Positions 1 to 9,262 of a stretch of DNA of 64,000 nucleotides are shown piece by piece. Position numbers and translations under genes: made by a program. The DNA comes from an uncultured Lentisphaerota bacterium (GTDB taxonomy: Bacteria > Verrucomicrobiota > Kiritimatiellia > RFP12 > UBA1067): NCBI GenBank assembly GCA_900320225.1, contig ONRL01000002.1, positions 3,236 through 67,235 on the forward strand, given 5' to 3'. Within the stretch, counting starts at the first letter, position 1; each line of letters starts with the position of its first letter. The notes under the pieces are model-generated. The model saw only the letters and a list, made by a program, of their open reading frames with translations. It made no database searches and was not told the DNA's origin.

Positions 1-1094
1 TCCATCATCGCGCCCTCCCATGTCGAGCCGGAGCCGACGCGGACGGGAACGTAGTCTAGGACGGGGGTAGAACTTTCCCATATCTTGCAATACTTAAATC
101 CAGAAGCCGTTCGATTTAGCAAACTGCCTTGTCTTGTCCCAAAAAGTATGAGATTGTCACTCGTAGTGAAAGAGTACGAACCTACGGTGTTTGTCCATGC
201 GTCAAGCGATAAAACTCCGCCGGATAGAATTTTTGCAGTATGCCAATTTGTGTCAACTGGGATAGTGCTTCTCAACGCTGCAACACTGCTTGTATTGCCG
301 TAGTTGAAGGCATAATTTCCCGTTGCATAGTTCAAGCTGTATCCCACCTCATTCCATGCTGTTCTTGCTCCAAAAGCAAATCCTGTAACAGACATCTTGA
401 ACTGAAACTCGGAATTAGTGGCACCTGTGGCAGTCACCCCCGTATCAATATACTGCGTCCCGGTGCTCTCGATGTACTCCACTGACACGACGTCCGGCCC
501 GAGCACGAAGTCTCCCGTGCCCGCGTTGCCGAACAGCGCGCCCGACACGCGGTCGTACAGATACCCGACTTGGCCCACGCGAACGGGGATGAAGTCGCGG
601 ACGAGGGTCGCTCCCTCGTAAATCCGGAAGGCGTAGATACGCCCGCTTATATACCCCGAGTTGCGGTATCTAACGCAGATGCAGATTTGCCCCGTATTTT
701 GCGCGAACGATGTGTAGGACGGCGTGGCAACCGTTGTTCCGTCGATAACCACTCCGCCCTTGCTGAAATCTAGCGTGAACACGCGCCCGACGGCGTTTGT
801 CACGGGTACTGTACTCCAGCCCCTACCGCCGCCAAAAAGGTATTCGACGCGGCTGGAACTATAACTGTTGAACACAAAACCGTTTGAACGCTCGGCGCTT
901 CCAGCAATCGAGCCGCCGAACCAGTTTCTGTTGCCTGTGGAAATCGTCATCAAGGTCGCATTTACGCGGGTGTTCTCGGTCGCGTAGACGCCAGTCTCTA
1001 GATACTGCGTCCCTGTGGATTCGATGTACTCCACCTTGGCGTCGTAGGGTAGCCGCTTCCTCGTCATCAGCGCGTTGCGTAGGTTTATCAGCAT
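1..1094 (-). CDS. Tail-fibre / receptor-binding-like protein, N-terminal 364 codons only (runs off the window start)
   Basis: Absent from the ORF track because it is truncated. Manual reverse translation from the ATG (cat at 1092-1094) is stop-free to position 1: MLINLRNALMTRKRLPYDAKVEYIESTGTQYLETG... Two tandem homologous modules each open with VEYIESTGTQY[LI][ED]TG. The start lies 5 nt after the stop of 1099..1614. Confidence 0.6.
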   Translation of the reverse strand, partial: MLINLRNALMTRKRLPYDAKVEYIESTGTQYLETGVYATENTRVNATLMTISTGNRNWFGGSIAGSAERSNGFVFNSYSSSRVEYLFGGGRGWSTVPVTNAVGRVFTLDFSKGGVVIDGTTVATPSYTSFAQNTGQICICVRYRNSGYISGRIYAFRIYEGATLVRDFIPVRVGQVGYLYDRVSGALFGNAGTGDFVLGPDVVSVEYIESTGTQYIDTGVTATGATNSEFQFKMSVTGFAFGARTAWNEVGYSLNYATGNYAFNYGNTSSVAALRSTIPVDTNWHTAKILSGGVLSLDAWTNTVGSYSFTTSDNLILFGTRQGSLLNRTASGFKYCKIWESSTPVLDYVPVRVGSGSTWEGAMM

Positions 1095-1098
1095 GGCG

Positions 1099-1614
1099 TC
1101 AGCCCTCCGTCGGGATGTTCGCAAGGAACGCGTCGATTTCCTCGCGGGTCTTGCCGAGAGCTTGCGCCGCGCCGTCAAGAAGCGCGTTCCACGCCTCTGC
1201 TCCGCCGTAGCCCTCCTCGATGTAGTCGCAGTCCGTGAGGGCTTCCCACGCCGTGTAGCCCGTGGCGATTTCGGTAGACGAGAGGAACTGCCGCGCCGCG
1301 TCGAGCATCTGCGCCTGCGCGAGCGCGGTCTTTATGGACAGGCGGCTCCACCTGCGCGGCGGGGGCGGAGGGTTGTCAACGAGAACGTAGACCCACTTGT
1401 AGCCGTCATCTCCGTTCGGCTCGATCTTGTCCGTGCGCTCGTAGTGCTTGCCCTCGGGCGGGTCTACGGGCCAGTCGGGGGAGAGCGGAAGGTAGCCAGC
1501 AATCTTGCAGTGGACCACCTTCGGGTTGTAGACCTTGCGCCCGTTGATTTCGAGGACGTCCGGCGCAAACTCGGGCGTCATGTCCTCACGCGGCCTTACG
1601 AAATTCCTGTTCAT
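1099..1614 (-). CDS. Hypothetical virion-module protein (171 aa)
   Basis: Intact ORF whose start overlaps the stop of the 951-aa fibre gene at 1614. It contains a PPPPP tract. No recognisable family. Confidence 0.55.
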   Translation of the reverse strand: MNRNFVRPREDMTPEFAPDVLEINGRKVYNPKVVHCKIAGYLPLSPDWPVDPPEGKHYERTDKIEPNGDDGYKWVYVLVDNPPPPPRRWSRLSIKTALAQAQMLDAARQFLSSTEIATGYTAWEALTDCDYIEEGYGGAEAWNALLDGAAQALGKTREEIDAFLANIPTEG

Positions 1615-4469
1615 TATGCTACCTCCTCGACCTGTTCACCCTTGACGACGAATACCCCCGGAGCGGTCTCCGAAAAGTAGAGAAGCGTCACACCCTTTGC
1701 CGTCGCCGTTCCGTCGGCAAGCGCGGGGATCGCGCCGTCGGCGTTTTCTAGCGTTATCGTCTCGCCACTCGGTGCAACGGGGACGAGCGCGGGAGCCGTA
1801 AGCGCGGCGTCGCCAGTGCCGATCTCCACGCGAAGCCCGAAGTCGCGCACCTTGCCGCTTGTCGCGGCGGGGAACGTGATGCGCAGTTCGTCGAGCGGGG
1901 TCGCCGCAGTAACCTGCACGATGTTCGCCGTGCGGTTGGCAAGCGTCGCCGCGCCGTAGTAGACCGTCTCGCCCTCGACGGTTTCCGAGGACGCTGTGTT
2001 GATTACGATTGGGGTGCCGAGGGAGTAGTGAAGGTCGGCGGCTCTCGCCACGTCCTGCACCGCGATGCCGCTGTCATCCAGTGTTGTGCCATCGTCGCCA
2101 ATCCCAAACGCGGCAAGATTGCCGGGGGTTATGAGCAGTGGCGGTTTTATAAGCTTGGTTGTACCCCAGCACGAGGCGTTCCACGTTCCGCCGGTAGTCT
2201 GGACAATGCAAGTGTACACCTTGCCGTTGTAGGTGCAGTGGTCGCCCACGGCGTATATCCTAGCCGCCGACTCCGAGAACGCGGGCGCGGCGGAGGTCGC
2301 GTCGAGCTTGCCCGCGAACCGGCTCGCGCACCAGTCGTATAGCGACGAAAAGCCCGTCGGGAGCGCGGCGAGCGCACCCCAGATCGCCGACCAGATGCCG
2401 CCGCTCTTCACGGGGTTGTTGCTCCCCGCCGTCGGGGTGTTGTCGAAGGTCAGCACATCCTGCTTGCCCTGCCGCAGCGCCTCCGCCTCCGCCTCGCTCG
2501 CCAATATATGGTCCGTATCACTGCCGAGCTGGTAGCCGGGGAGAGCCGTGCGGGTGGCGGAAACTTGATCTCCTGTGTCGCTGATGTAAAACGACAGGCT
2601 TGTCGCGGATTTGTCGGGACTCCCGTCGGCCTTCGCTGGTTCACTCGCAGGCTGGTTCACATACCACCCCGGGCCTCCGAGCGCATGCCATTCGTCGTCT
2701 GTCCAGAAGGGCTGGCCTAGCTCCCAAGGTACATCGTTGAACACGACCTCGCTCGGCGTCAGAGTCCACTCGCTGAACCCGCGCTCCGTGAGCGTCGCGT
2801 CCGCCTTCGTCGCAAGCGTATCCGTCCCCGCCGTCGCCCTCTTCTCCACCACTACCCCAGCAAGCTCGGGATAGCCGGAGCTACCCTCTGCCGTGAACTG
2901 CGTCGCCGCGTTCGCCGCCGCCTCCGTATCGTACATCTCCTCGGATGCGCTCATCGCCGAGCCGTCGCCGGAGATGAACCACTTGTACTTCATGCCGGAC
3001 GCCGAGATATAGGCCCCCACGGCGACACCGATCGTGAGCGACGGATACAGGGCCTGTACCACGGACAGATCCCACGCCGCCGCCCCGTCGTACACCTTAA
3101 GGTCGGTCTTGTCGCGCTTCCCCGCTATCTTGGAATCCACCACCGCCACCGTTGCGGCATTGTCCACCTTCGCCTTGTCCGCGTCCGTGTAGTCGTTGGT
3201 CGAGAGCCCCTTGCCCGCCTCCTTCTGCACGAACCGCGCGTCCACCGCCATCTTGTCGTAGTAGTTTGCAGGATTGAAGATGTCGGTGAGGGGGATGCTT
3301 ATCGGCTGCTTGCCTGCTTCCGTGTTGAAGGTTATGACGAGATTCCCGTCGTCAATCTCCACGTTATCCACCATCCCGTCTATCGCAAACCGCGCCATGT
3401 TCACTTGCGCAACAACGGTATCGCCGTGCTTGAGGTACAGGATGTTTTTGTGGTCGCCCGTGCCCAATGCCGCGCCATCAACAAATTGCATCACCGCCGC
3501 GGGATCCAGTTTGGCGTTCCAATTCAGACGGTCCTGCTTGGACACATGGATCGGATTGCCGGCAACCTCGGTCGCGCCCGACGCATGACTCCGGAGCAGT
3601 CCGACGGCGGTTTCTATGTCGTCGGCGTTTTTCGCTATGCGCTCGGCATTCCGCCCCACCAGATCAGACACTGCGTTTACCGCCGCACCCGTAGACGCCG
3701 CGTCGGCAGCACGTCCGTCCTCAACTTCTTCTTGGGTCAGCGGATCCACCGGAGGCTGTATTGAGTCACGGGCCTCCTCTGCGGCCGTAGCAGCGGCGGA
3801 GGCATTACTTGCAGAGGAGGCTGCTGCGCTTGCAGAGTTCGCGGCAAGGCCCGCCGAGCCCGCTGCTGCATTCGCGCTTCCGGTAGCTGTCGCAGCCGCA
3901 TCCGTTGCTACGGTCTTTGCGGACTGCGCCTGCGCGACGATCCCCGATGCCTCGTCAACCGCTTCCTCTATTGCGGTCTGCGCCGCCGCTATCGCGTCCT
4001 TCGCTTCCTGGACAAAGTCCGGGTAGTCGTCAAGGCTGTACGGCTCGTCCGCCGGACGCATCTTGGGCCACGGCTCCACACGAAACTCGCCGGCGCCGTA
4101 CATCGTATGGTTCACGGGATCGTCCAGTATGCAGAGGCATTCGCCGCCGCAGCGAAGGAGCTTTTCCGCCGGGATGGAGTTGAGGTTCAGTTCGCACGCG
4201 GCATCGGAAGGATCTTCCGGGTCTTCACTCCACTCATCCGTCGGTTCGGACGGATCCGCATCCGGCTGTTCCGGCCTGGGGAACATGGCGACCGTGTGCC
4301 CGCCGAAAAGCACTCGCAGACGAAGCGTCTGGCCTTCCGCGTCTTCGCCTGGCTGTATCCACTCCGCGCCGCCAATCACCCTGACGGACACATGCTCCCC
4401 CGCAGCAACCGTGCCGACGAGCTTCAGTCTCTTCTTGCCGTAGTCGGGTATTATCGTAAGTGCCGTCAT
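1614..4469 (-). CDS. Tail fibre / large structural protein (951 aa)
   Basis: Large ORF at the distal end of the head module. It has a long Ala/Ser/Asn low-complexity stretch (AAATATGSANAAAGSAGLAANSASAAASSASNASAAATAAEEA). It also has a CBM5/12-like motif, YAVGDHCTYNGKVYTCIVQTTGGTWNASCW. Confidence 0.6.
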   Translation of the reverse strand: MTALTIIPDYGKKRLKLVGTVAAGEHVSVRVIGGAEWIQPGEDAEGQTLRLRVLFGGHTVAMFPRPEQPDADPSEPTDEWSEDPEDPSDAACELNLNSIPAEKLLRCGGECLCILDDPVNHTMYGAGEFRVEPWPKMRPADEPYSLDDYPDFVQEAKDAIAAAQTAIEEAVDEASGIVAQAQSAKTVATDAAATATGSANAAAGSAGLAANSASAAASSASNASAAATAAEEARDSIQPPVDPLTQEEVEDGRAADAASTGAAVNAVSDLVGRNAERIAKNADDIETAVGLLRSHASGATEVAGNPIHVSKQDRLNWNAKLDPAAVMQFVDGAALGTGDHKNILYLKHGDTVVAQVNMARFAIDGMVDNVEIDDGNLVITFNTEAGKQPISIPLTDIFNPANYYDKMAVDARFVQKEAGKGLSTNDYTDADKAKVDNAATVAVVDSKIAGKRDKTDLKVYDGAAAWDLSVVQALYPSLTIGVAVGAYISASGMKYKWFISGDGSAMSASEEMYDTEAAANAATQFTAEGSSGYPELAGVVVEKRATAGTDTLATKADATLTERGFSEWTLTPSEVVFNDVPWELGQPFWTDDEWHALGGPGWYVNQPASEPAKADGSPDKSATSLSFYISDTGDQVSATRTALPGYQLGSDTDHILASEAEAEALRQGKQDVLTFDNTPTAGSNNPVKSGGIWSAIWGALAALPTGFSSLYDWCASRFAGKLDATSAAPAFSESAARIYAVGDHCTYNGKVYTCIVQTTGGTWNASCWGTTKLIKPPLLITPGNLAAFGIGDDGTTLDDSGIAVQDVARAADLHYSLGTPIVINTASSETVEGETVYYGAATLANRTANIVQVTAATPLDELRITFPAATSGKVRDFGLRVEIGTGDAALTAPALVPVAPSGETITLENADGAIPALADGTATAKGVTLLYFSETAPGVFVVKGEQVEEVA

Positions 4470-4486
4470 GTAAATCCTCCCGTCTG

Positions 4487-4930
4487 CTATGCTGTCGGCG
4501 CATTAGCCGCGCCACTGTTTTTCGCCTTGGCCGCCTTGATCACGTCCGCACGCTCTATTTCCGTCTGCGCGTTGCGTATCTCCCCGACGACAAGCGCAAG
4601 ATCAGACGCGTGGAAAAGCAGATCCACGGGGCCCTCCGGCCTGATGAGAACGTCAATCTTCATCGGCTCCTTTTCGAGTGCCTTGGAAAAGCCCTGGACG
4701 AAAAGGTCAAACGCGGCGTCGTCGTTCGCGGCGTTCAGAAGTGGACCGACTATCGGGGCAAGCTCCGGCTTCACGTTCACAAGCGCGGTTTCGGCAAGTG
4801 CCGGGTTTGCCTCCGCGGCATACACCGCGCCAAGGCCCATGAGTTTCTTTGGCGACATGGCGGGAAATCTCGGACAGACCTCTTTCCCGTACCATCTTGC
4901 TATGCCCTTCACGATCGCCGCTCTAGTCAT
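4487..4930 (-). CDS. Hypothetical structural-module protein (147 aa)
   Basis: Intact ORF co-oriented within the late operon. No family recognised. Confidence 0.5.
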   Translation of the reverse strand: MTRAAIVKGIARWYGKEVCPRFPAMSPKKLMGLGAVYAAEANPALAETALVNVKPELAPIVGPLLNAANDDAAFDLFVQGFSKALEKEPMKIDVLIRPEGPVDLLFHASDLALVVGEIRNAQTEIERADVIKAAKAKNSGAANAPTA

Positions 4931-5031
4931 TGTATTTCTCCTCTTGCTTTAGGTTTGTGGAATCGTCCGGGTCAAGCCCCCGACACAGGGGCAAGAGGCT
5001 TGGCCCGGACGTGAGCCACAAGCCCGGGCAA

Positions 5032-5679
5032 TTACGAGCCGGAGGCGGCCGGCGCCTTTGCGGACTGCGCGGCCTGAATCTGCGCGTAGACCGCCTGCGA
5101 AGGCGCGAAGGTCTGCGGCGTGATGTAGGTGCCGAGCATGTTGCCGAGCGTAGCCTTGAGGTTCGCGTTCTCCGCCTTGAGCGTCGCGACGTCCGCGGCG
5201 GTCTGCGTGTCGATAAGCTCCTGGCGCTGACGCCACTCGACAAGGGTCTTCACAACGCCGTCGATCTTGTTGTCAGTGTAGATCTGGGCCTTGAGCTGGC
5301 CGTTCTCCCCCTGGAGCGCGCCATTCTCGCGGACAAGCGAAAGCTCGCGCTGCGTGACGAAATCGTCATGGCAGTGGTGGTCGTTGCCAAAGAGGCCGCC
5401 GTTGCGCCCGAGAAGCCCGAGCCCGACAAGTCCGAGCGCGGTAGCGCCGAGAGCCGTGCCCGTGGCGGCAAGTCCGCGCCCCGCGCCGACGTTGATGTTG
5501 CCGCCGAAGCCGCGCATGATGTCGCCGATGCCTCCGCCGAAACCGTAACCGCCGTATGCAGGAACCGCAACAGGATAGCCGTAGCCACCCCATCCGCCGC
5601 CCCACGGTCCGTTCCAGCCATTGTTGTTGGGGTACTGGTTGATTGTGGTCGATCCCTCAGTTGTCTTTTCTTCTGTCAT
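5032..5679 (-). CDS. Gly-rich / transmembrane / coiled-coil protein (215 aa)
   Basis: The N-terminus is Gly/Tyr/Trp-rich (GGGWGGYGYPVAVPAYGGYGFGGGIG). There is one hydrophobic segment (AATGTALGATALGLVGLGLLG). The C-terminus has heptad-like sequence (LKAQIYTDNKIDGVV...TLKAENANLKATLGNMLG). Confidence 0.55.
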   Translation of the reverse strand: MTEEKTTEGSTTINQYPNNNGWNGPWGGGWGGYGYPVAVPAYGGYGFGGGIGDIMRGFGGNINVGAGRGLAATGTALGATALGLVGLGLLGRNGGLFGNDHHCHDDFVTQRELSLVRENGALQGENGQLKAQIYTDNKIDGVVKTLVEWRQRQELIDTQTAADVATLKAENANLKATLGNMLGTYITPQTFAPSQAVYAQIQAAQSAKAPAASGS

Positions 5680-5755
5680 GGTCTTGTTCCTTTCCGTGCA
5701 TTTGCATTTCTGTTACTGCTTGCTTCCCCGCGCCCACCCTGGACACGGGAAATCG

Positions 5756-6271
5756 CTAGTCCATGTCGTCCTCCTCCACCGAACGCGCGGCTTCCCTGGC
5801 GACATCCTCGGTCTCCTTCTCGCAGCATCCCCAACGGCAGTCTATCGCCGCGATGATGGCCTCCGCCGCATCGTCATACGAACGGTTGCGCATAATGAAA
5901 GACAGGGCCTTCTTGAGGGATTCCTTGTCGCCGTTCACCTTCATGCCACCGGAAAGGCGCGTCAGGTCTTCGCCGGCCTCCCTCTTGGTGCTCTCGTACT
6001 TCTCGCGCTTTGCCTTGTGGGCGGCGCGCTTGCGCTCCTTCATTGCCTTGATCTGCTTGGACGCGCCATTGGAGTCATTTTCCTCGCCGCCCGGCTGCAT
6101 CTGCCGGGACACCATCGGAGGCATTCCGCTGCCCTGCACGTTCCCCTGCATTTCCCAGGTGCGGTTCACGCCGCTGCCGTTCATCATGCTGGTGTTCGTG
6201 TTGCCGATCTGCATGCCGGAGCGCACCATGTCGCTGGCACCGCTCTGCCCCATGTTCTGATCTATAGCCAT
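5756..6271 (-). CDS. Hypothetical protein (171 aa), low-complexity N-terminus and basic centre
   Basis: ORF within the late operon. No family recognised. Confidence 0.45.
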   Translation of the reverse strand: MAIDQNMGQSGASDMVRSGMQIGNTNTSMMNGSGVNRTWEMQGNVQGSGMPPMVSRQMQPGGEENDSNGASKQIKAMKERKRAAHKAKREKYESTKREAGEDLTRLSGGMKVNGDKESLKKALSFIMRNRSYDDAAEAIIAAIDCRWGCCEKETEDVAREAARSVEEDDMD

Positions 6272-6335
6272 TTCAGCTTTCCTTTCCGGGCGTTTGCCCT
6301 GTTGTTTCCCCCTCGGCGCACGCCTCGGGAAATCG

Positions 6336-7100
6336 TCATACCATAGTCGTCAAATCGAGCGCAAATCCACGTCCTGGATTTGCAGCAGGGCCCCCTTCCA
6401 TGCCGCGCTGCCGTGCTTCCGAAAGCGCGTTCGTGTAGGCTATGCCGTGCTGACGGGCCTGCTCTGGATCGCTCCAGGGCCTATTGGACATCGAGAAAAG
6501 CCGCACAAGGGCGCCGTCTACAATCGCGTCTCCGTAGCGCTGCAGGAACGCCTTGGGGGCCCGCTCCTCGTTCATGTGAGGCACCTCTACGGCTTCGACC
6601 CACAGGCATTCCGGCATCGGACGGGGCGGTTCGGTGTCGTCTGGGCTCGCTGGGAGCGTGCCGACATTAACGCGAACCTGGACAAGATTCGGATCGTCTC
6701 TACCGACAAAGAAATCGTGAGCCGTAAGATGCGGCAGCGATAGCATCGGGGGAACGCCTCCGAAACGCCATCCACGCACATTCCTGTGCCAGCCCGGTCC
6801 GGCGAGAACAACCTGCGTCACGCTGTCTACCTCGCCGGAAAGTACCGGGGAAACGGCACATCCGAAGTTGGCATACGGGAAACCGCACCTAAAAAGCCCG
6901 GCGACCTCGTCGCGCGGCATCTCCATTCGGCGCCACGTCCTGAGAGCCGCGCTGCGCTTGCAGAAGTCGCGGTAGGACGCCTGAAGCATCTTTCGGACGA
7001 GAATGTCGTCGCAGTCGCGGAGAAGATAGACCATGTTCTCCGCAAGCGACGGCACGGAGTCGAACTCCGGCCTCTCCCATTCTGTCTCGAAGAAGCCCAT
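6336..7100 (-). CDS. Hypothetical head/neck-module protein (254 aa)
   Basis: The track ORF runs 6336..7157. I prefer the start MGFFETEW (cat 7098-7100), which sits 1 nt after the upstream gene's TAA (7102-7104). Confidence 0.5.
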   Translation of the reverse strand: MGFFETEWERPEFDSVPSLAENMVYLLRDCDDILVRKMLQASYRDFCKRSAALRTWRRMEMPRDEVAGLFRCGFPYANFGCAVSPVLSGEVDSVTQVVLAGPGWHRNVRGWRFGGVPPMLSLPHLTAHDFFVGRDDPNLVQVRVNVGTLPASPDDTEPPRPMPECLWVEAVEVPHMNEERAPKAFLQRYGDAIVDGALVRLFSMSNRPWSDPEQARQHGIAYTNALSEARQRGMEGGPAANPGRGFALDLTTMV

Positions 7101-7101
7101 C

Positions 7102-7539
7102 TTAGACGACCACCTTCGGCTTGGCTGCGGCAGGCTTCGCGGGATGCGACAGTCCACCCACGTTCGTGTTGTCTTCGCCCGAAGCCCCGCCGGCGTCGAT
7201 GCGGTTCAGCTCCACAAACGAGACGCTGGGGTTTATGGGCTTCGGCTTGCCGTCGTTGCCGACGCCTGTCACGTCGCTGTCGCTGCTGCCCTTCAGATCG
7301 AACTTCGCCTTGCGGACGTTCAGCCTGTCGCGCAGAAGGTCGTACTGCGACCAGTCGAAATCGGGGTCGTTGTTGCGCTTGGCGCGGACGGCGTTCGCAA
7401 CAACCTTCCAGGTCAGCTTGCCGCTCTTGATCGCAGCGTGGATTTCGTCGTCGATCTCCACGTAGTTGACGTTGGTGCCGACAGCCTCGGAATTGAACAC
7501 AATCCTGCCGTCGTTCAGGTTCATCGCGTATCTGCTCAT
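7102..7539 (-). CDS. Hypothetical head-module protein (145 aa)
   Basis: The track ORF runs 7102..7611. I prefer the start MSRYAMNLNDG (cat 7537-7539), which is preceded on the coding strand by AAAGGAAACATGCA. Confidence 0.5.
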   Translation of the reverse strand: MSRYAMNLNDGRIVFNSEAVGTNVNYVEIDDEIHAAIKSGKLTWKVVANAVRAKRNNDPDFDWSQYDLLRDRLNVRKAKFDLKGSSDSDVTGVGNDGKPKPINPSVSFVELNRIDAGGASGEDNTNVGGLSHPAKPAAAKPKVVV

Positions 7540-7617
7540 TGCATGTTTCCTTTGTTTACTGTGGATAGGTGCATGGCGCGGAGGAGGAACCACCCGCCCT
7601 CCGCGCCACACACGGGG

Positions 7618-8175
7618 CTAGCCGCGGCGAACCGCGGTAAGCTGGTACGGATCCAGGCCCGCGACGTTCGTCTGGGTCTGGGCGATCTCGCGATAGGCGG
7701 GCGCCTCGATGTTGTCGAGGCTGTCGCCGTAGGGCGTGTAGCCGTAGACAACGAGGTTCACCTCGCCCTTCGGGAACGTGGCGCCGCTCGTGGCGGTGGC
7801 CGCCATGTAGACGAGGTCGCCTTCGTTGAGGACGACCGCCGTCGAGAGCTGGGCCGCGCCGCGCGCCTTCACGCTGCCGCCTACGGACGTGGCCGAAAGG
7901 ACGGTCTTGTCCGCGGTGGAGTCGGCAGAGTCGGCAACCTTGAGGGCGATGGTGCCCGGGGTGCAGAACTCGGTCTCCTCGATGAATGCGCCGGTCACGA
8001 CAAACGCCTTCGGAAGCCCGAAGAGCGCGTAGGCCGCGCCGCTTGCGGCTTCGAACGCGGCGAAGTTCACCTTGCGCTTGATGCCGACGAGGCCCGGATG
8101 GAACATCACGGGATCGCCGGCGCCCGGCGCGCCGAACTTCGTCTTGTTAACGGTTGTGGGGGTTTCTCCTGCCAT
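7618..8175 (-). CDS. Putative capsid-associated (decoration-like) protein (185 aa)
   Basis: Lies immediately downstream of the major capsid gene. Ala/Gly/Thr/Val-rich, beta-type composition. The functional call rests on position only. Confidence 0.35.
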   Translation of the reverse strand: MAGETPTTVNKTKFGAPGAGDPVMFHPGLVGIKRKVNFAAFEAASGAAYALFGLPKAFVVTGAFIEETEFCTPGTIALKVADSADSTADKTVLSATSVGGSVKARGAAQLSTAVVLNEGDLVYMAATATSGATFPKGEVNLVVYGYTPYGDSLDNIEAPAYREIAQTQTNVAGLDPYQLTAVRRG

Positions 8176-8193
8176 TTTTTCACGCTCCTTTCA

Positions 8194-9213
8194 TTAGGCG
8201 ATCTTCACGTAGCCGACGCCGAAGCGCTCGGGGTACTGGAGGAACCAGTCGTACACCAGCTTGGAGCGCGCGAAGGTGCCCCAGTAGTCGATGTCCGTGA
8301 GCTGGCGCTCGTCCACCATCATGTCCTCGGTGTACATGATCGCGCTCTTGTCGAGGAAGTACACCGGATAGACCGGGTTGCCGTTGGCGTCGGAGAACAC
8401 CGGAAGCGCGTTCGTGACATACACGTCCGCCCCAGAGATCTTCCCGAGCGAATACACGTCGCCGCGAATGACGCTCTTGGCGTCGCCCATGCCGTCCGCC
8501 TTGCCGAAGCGCTCATCGGCCTGAAGCGCGTCCGCCACCATGACGGGGCACACGATCTTCAGTCCAGCAAGAGTGCTCGCTCCCTTGAACTGGCGCAGCG
8601 AGTTGACGCCGCGCTGGAAGTAGCGCAGGGAGGATGCGACGTACGGATTGGTGCTCGCGTTGTAGGCGGCGTCGGCTGCAGCCTTCGACTCGTAGAGCAC
8701 GACAGGTGCATCGGCCGCTCCGAGCTGGACGCTCTTCGATATGAAGCCCGCCGTGTTGCCCGTGTTGAACGACGCCACCTTGAGGATGATGTCGTTCAGC
8801 AGCTCCGTCTCCTTGTCGTCGTTCATCGCGCTGATGGCTTCCTGCGTAATAGGAGCCTCGACGTCGAACGCGGAGTACCGCTTGTCCTCCAGCTCGAAGT
8901 AAAGTCCCCACGCACGCTCGCGCCCCTTGATGTAGCGCTCGTACGAAGACTTGGGGAGCTGGTACTTGGCCTTGTCGCCCGGCTTGGTGGCATACGTCTC
9001 GATGATGGGAAGCACGGGGATCATGGCCTCCGTGGAGCCCTTCTCGAAGTATATGTCGCCGCTCGTGGTGATCTCGGGGAGAAGCGACTTGTCGCGAAGG
9101 CGCTTCTTGAACTGCCTGGCAATCGTAGTGTGCCGGGTGCCAGGGAAGGATATCTTCTGCCCTTCCACGAACCCGGGCGCATTGTAGCCGAGGGTATTGA
9201 TAAGTATTGGCAT
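8194..9213 (-). CDS. Major capsid protein (339 aa)
   Basis: Fits the TerL-portal-scaffold-capsid gene order. The size is typical of capsid proteins that use a separate scaffold. Start MPILINT is preceded by GGAAAGGAACGGCAAA (the track start at 9234 is less likely). Confidence 0.6.
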   Translation of the reverse strand: MPILINTLGYNAPGFVEGQKISFPGTRHTTIARQFKKRLRDKSLLPEITTSGDIYFEKGSTEAMIPVLPIIETYATKPGDKAKYQLPKSSYERYIKGRERAWGLYFELEDKRYSAFDVEAPITQEAISAMNDDKETELLNDIILKVASFNTGNTAGFISKSVQLGAADAPVVLYESKAAADAAYNASTNPYVASSLRYFQRGVNSLRQFKGASTLAGLKIVCPVMVADALQADERFGKADGMGDAKSVIRGDVYSLGKISGADVYVTNALPVFSDANGNPVYPVYFLDKSAIMYTEDMMVDERQLTDIDYWGTFARSKLVYDWFLQYPERFGVGYVKIA

Positions 9214-9262
9214 TTTGCCGTTCCTTTCCGTCAATCGACCCGGAGAGGACGGACGCGGTCGA

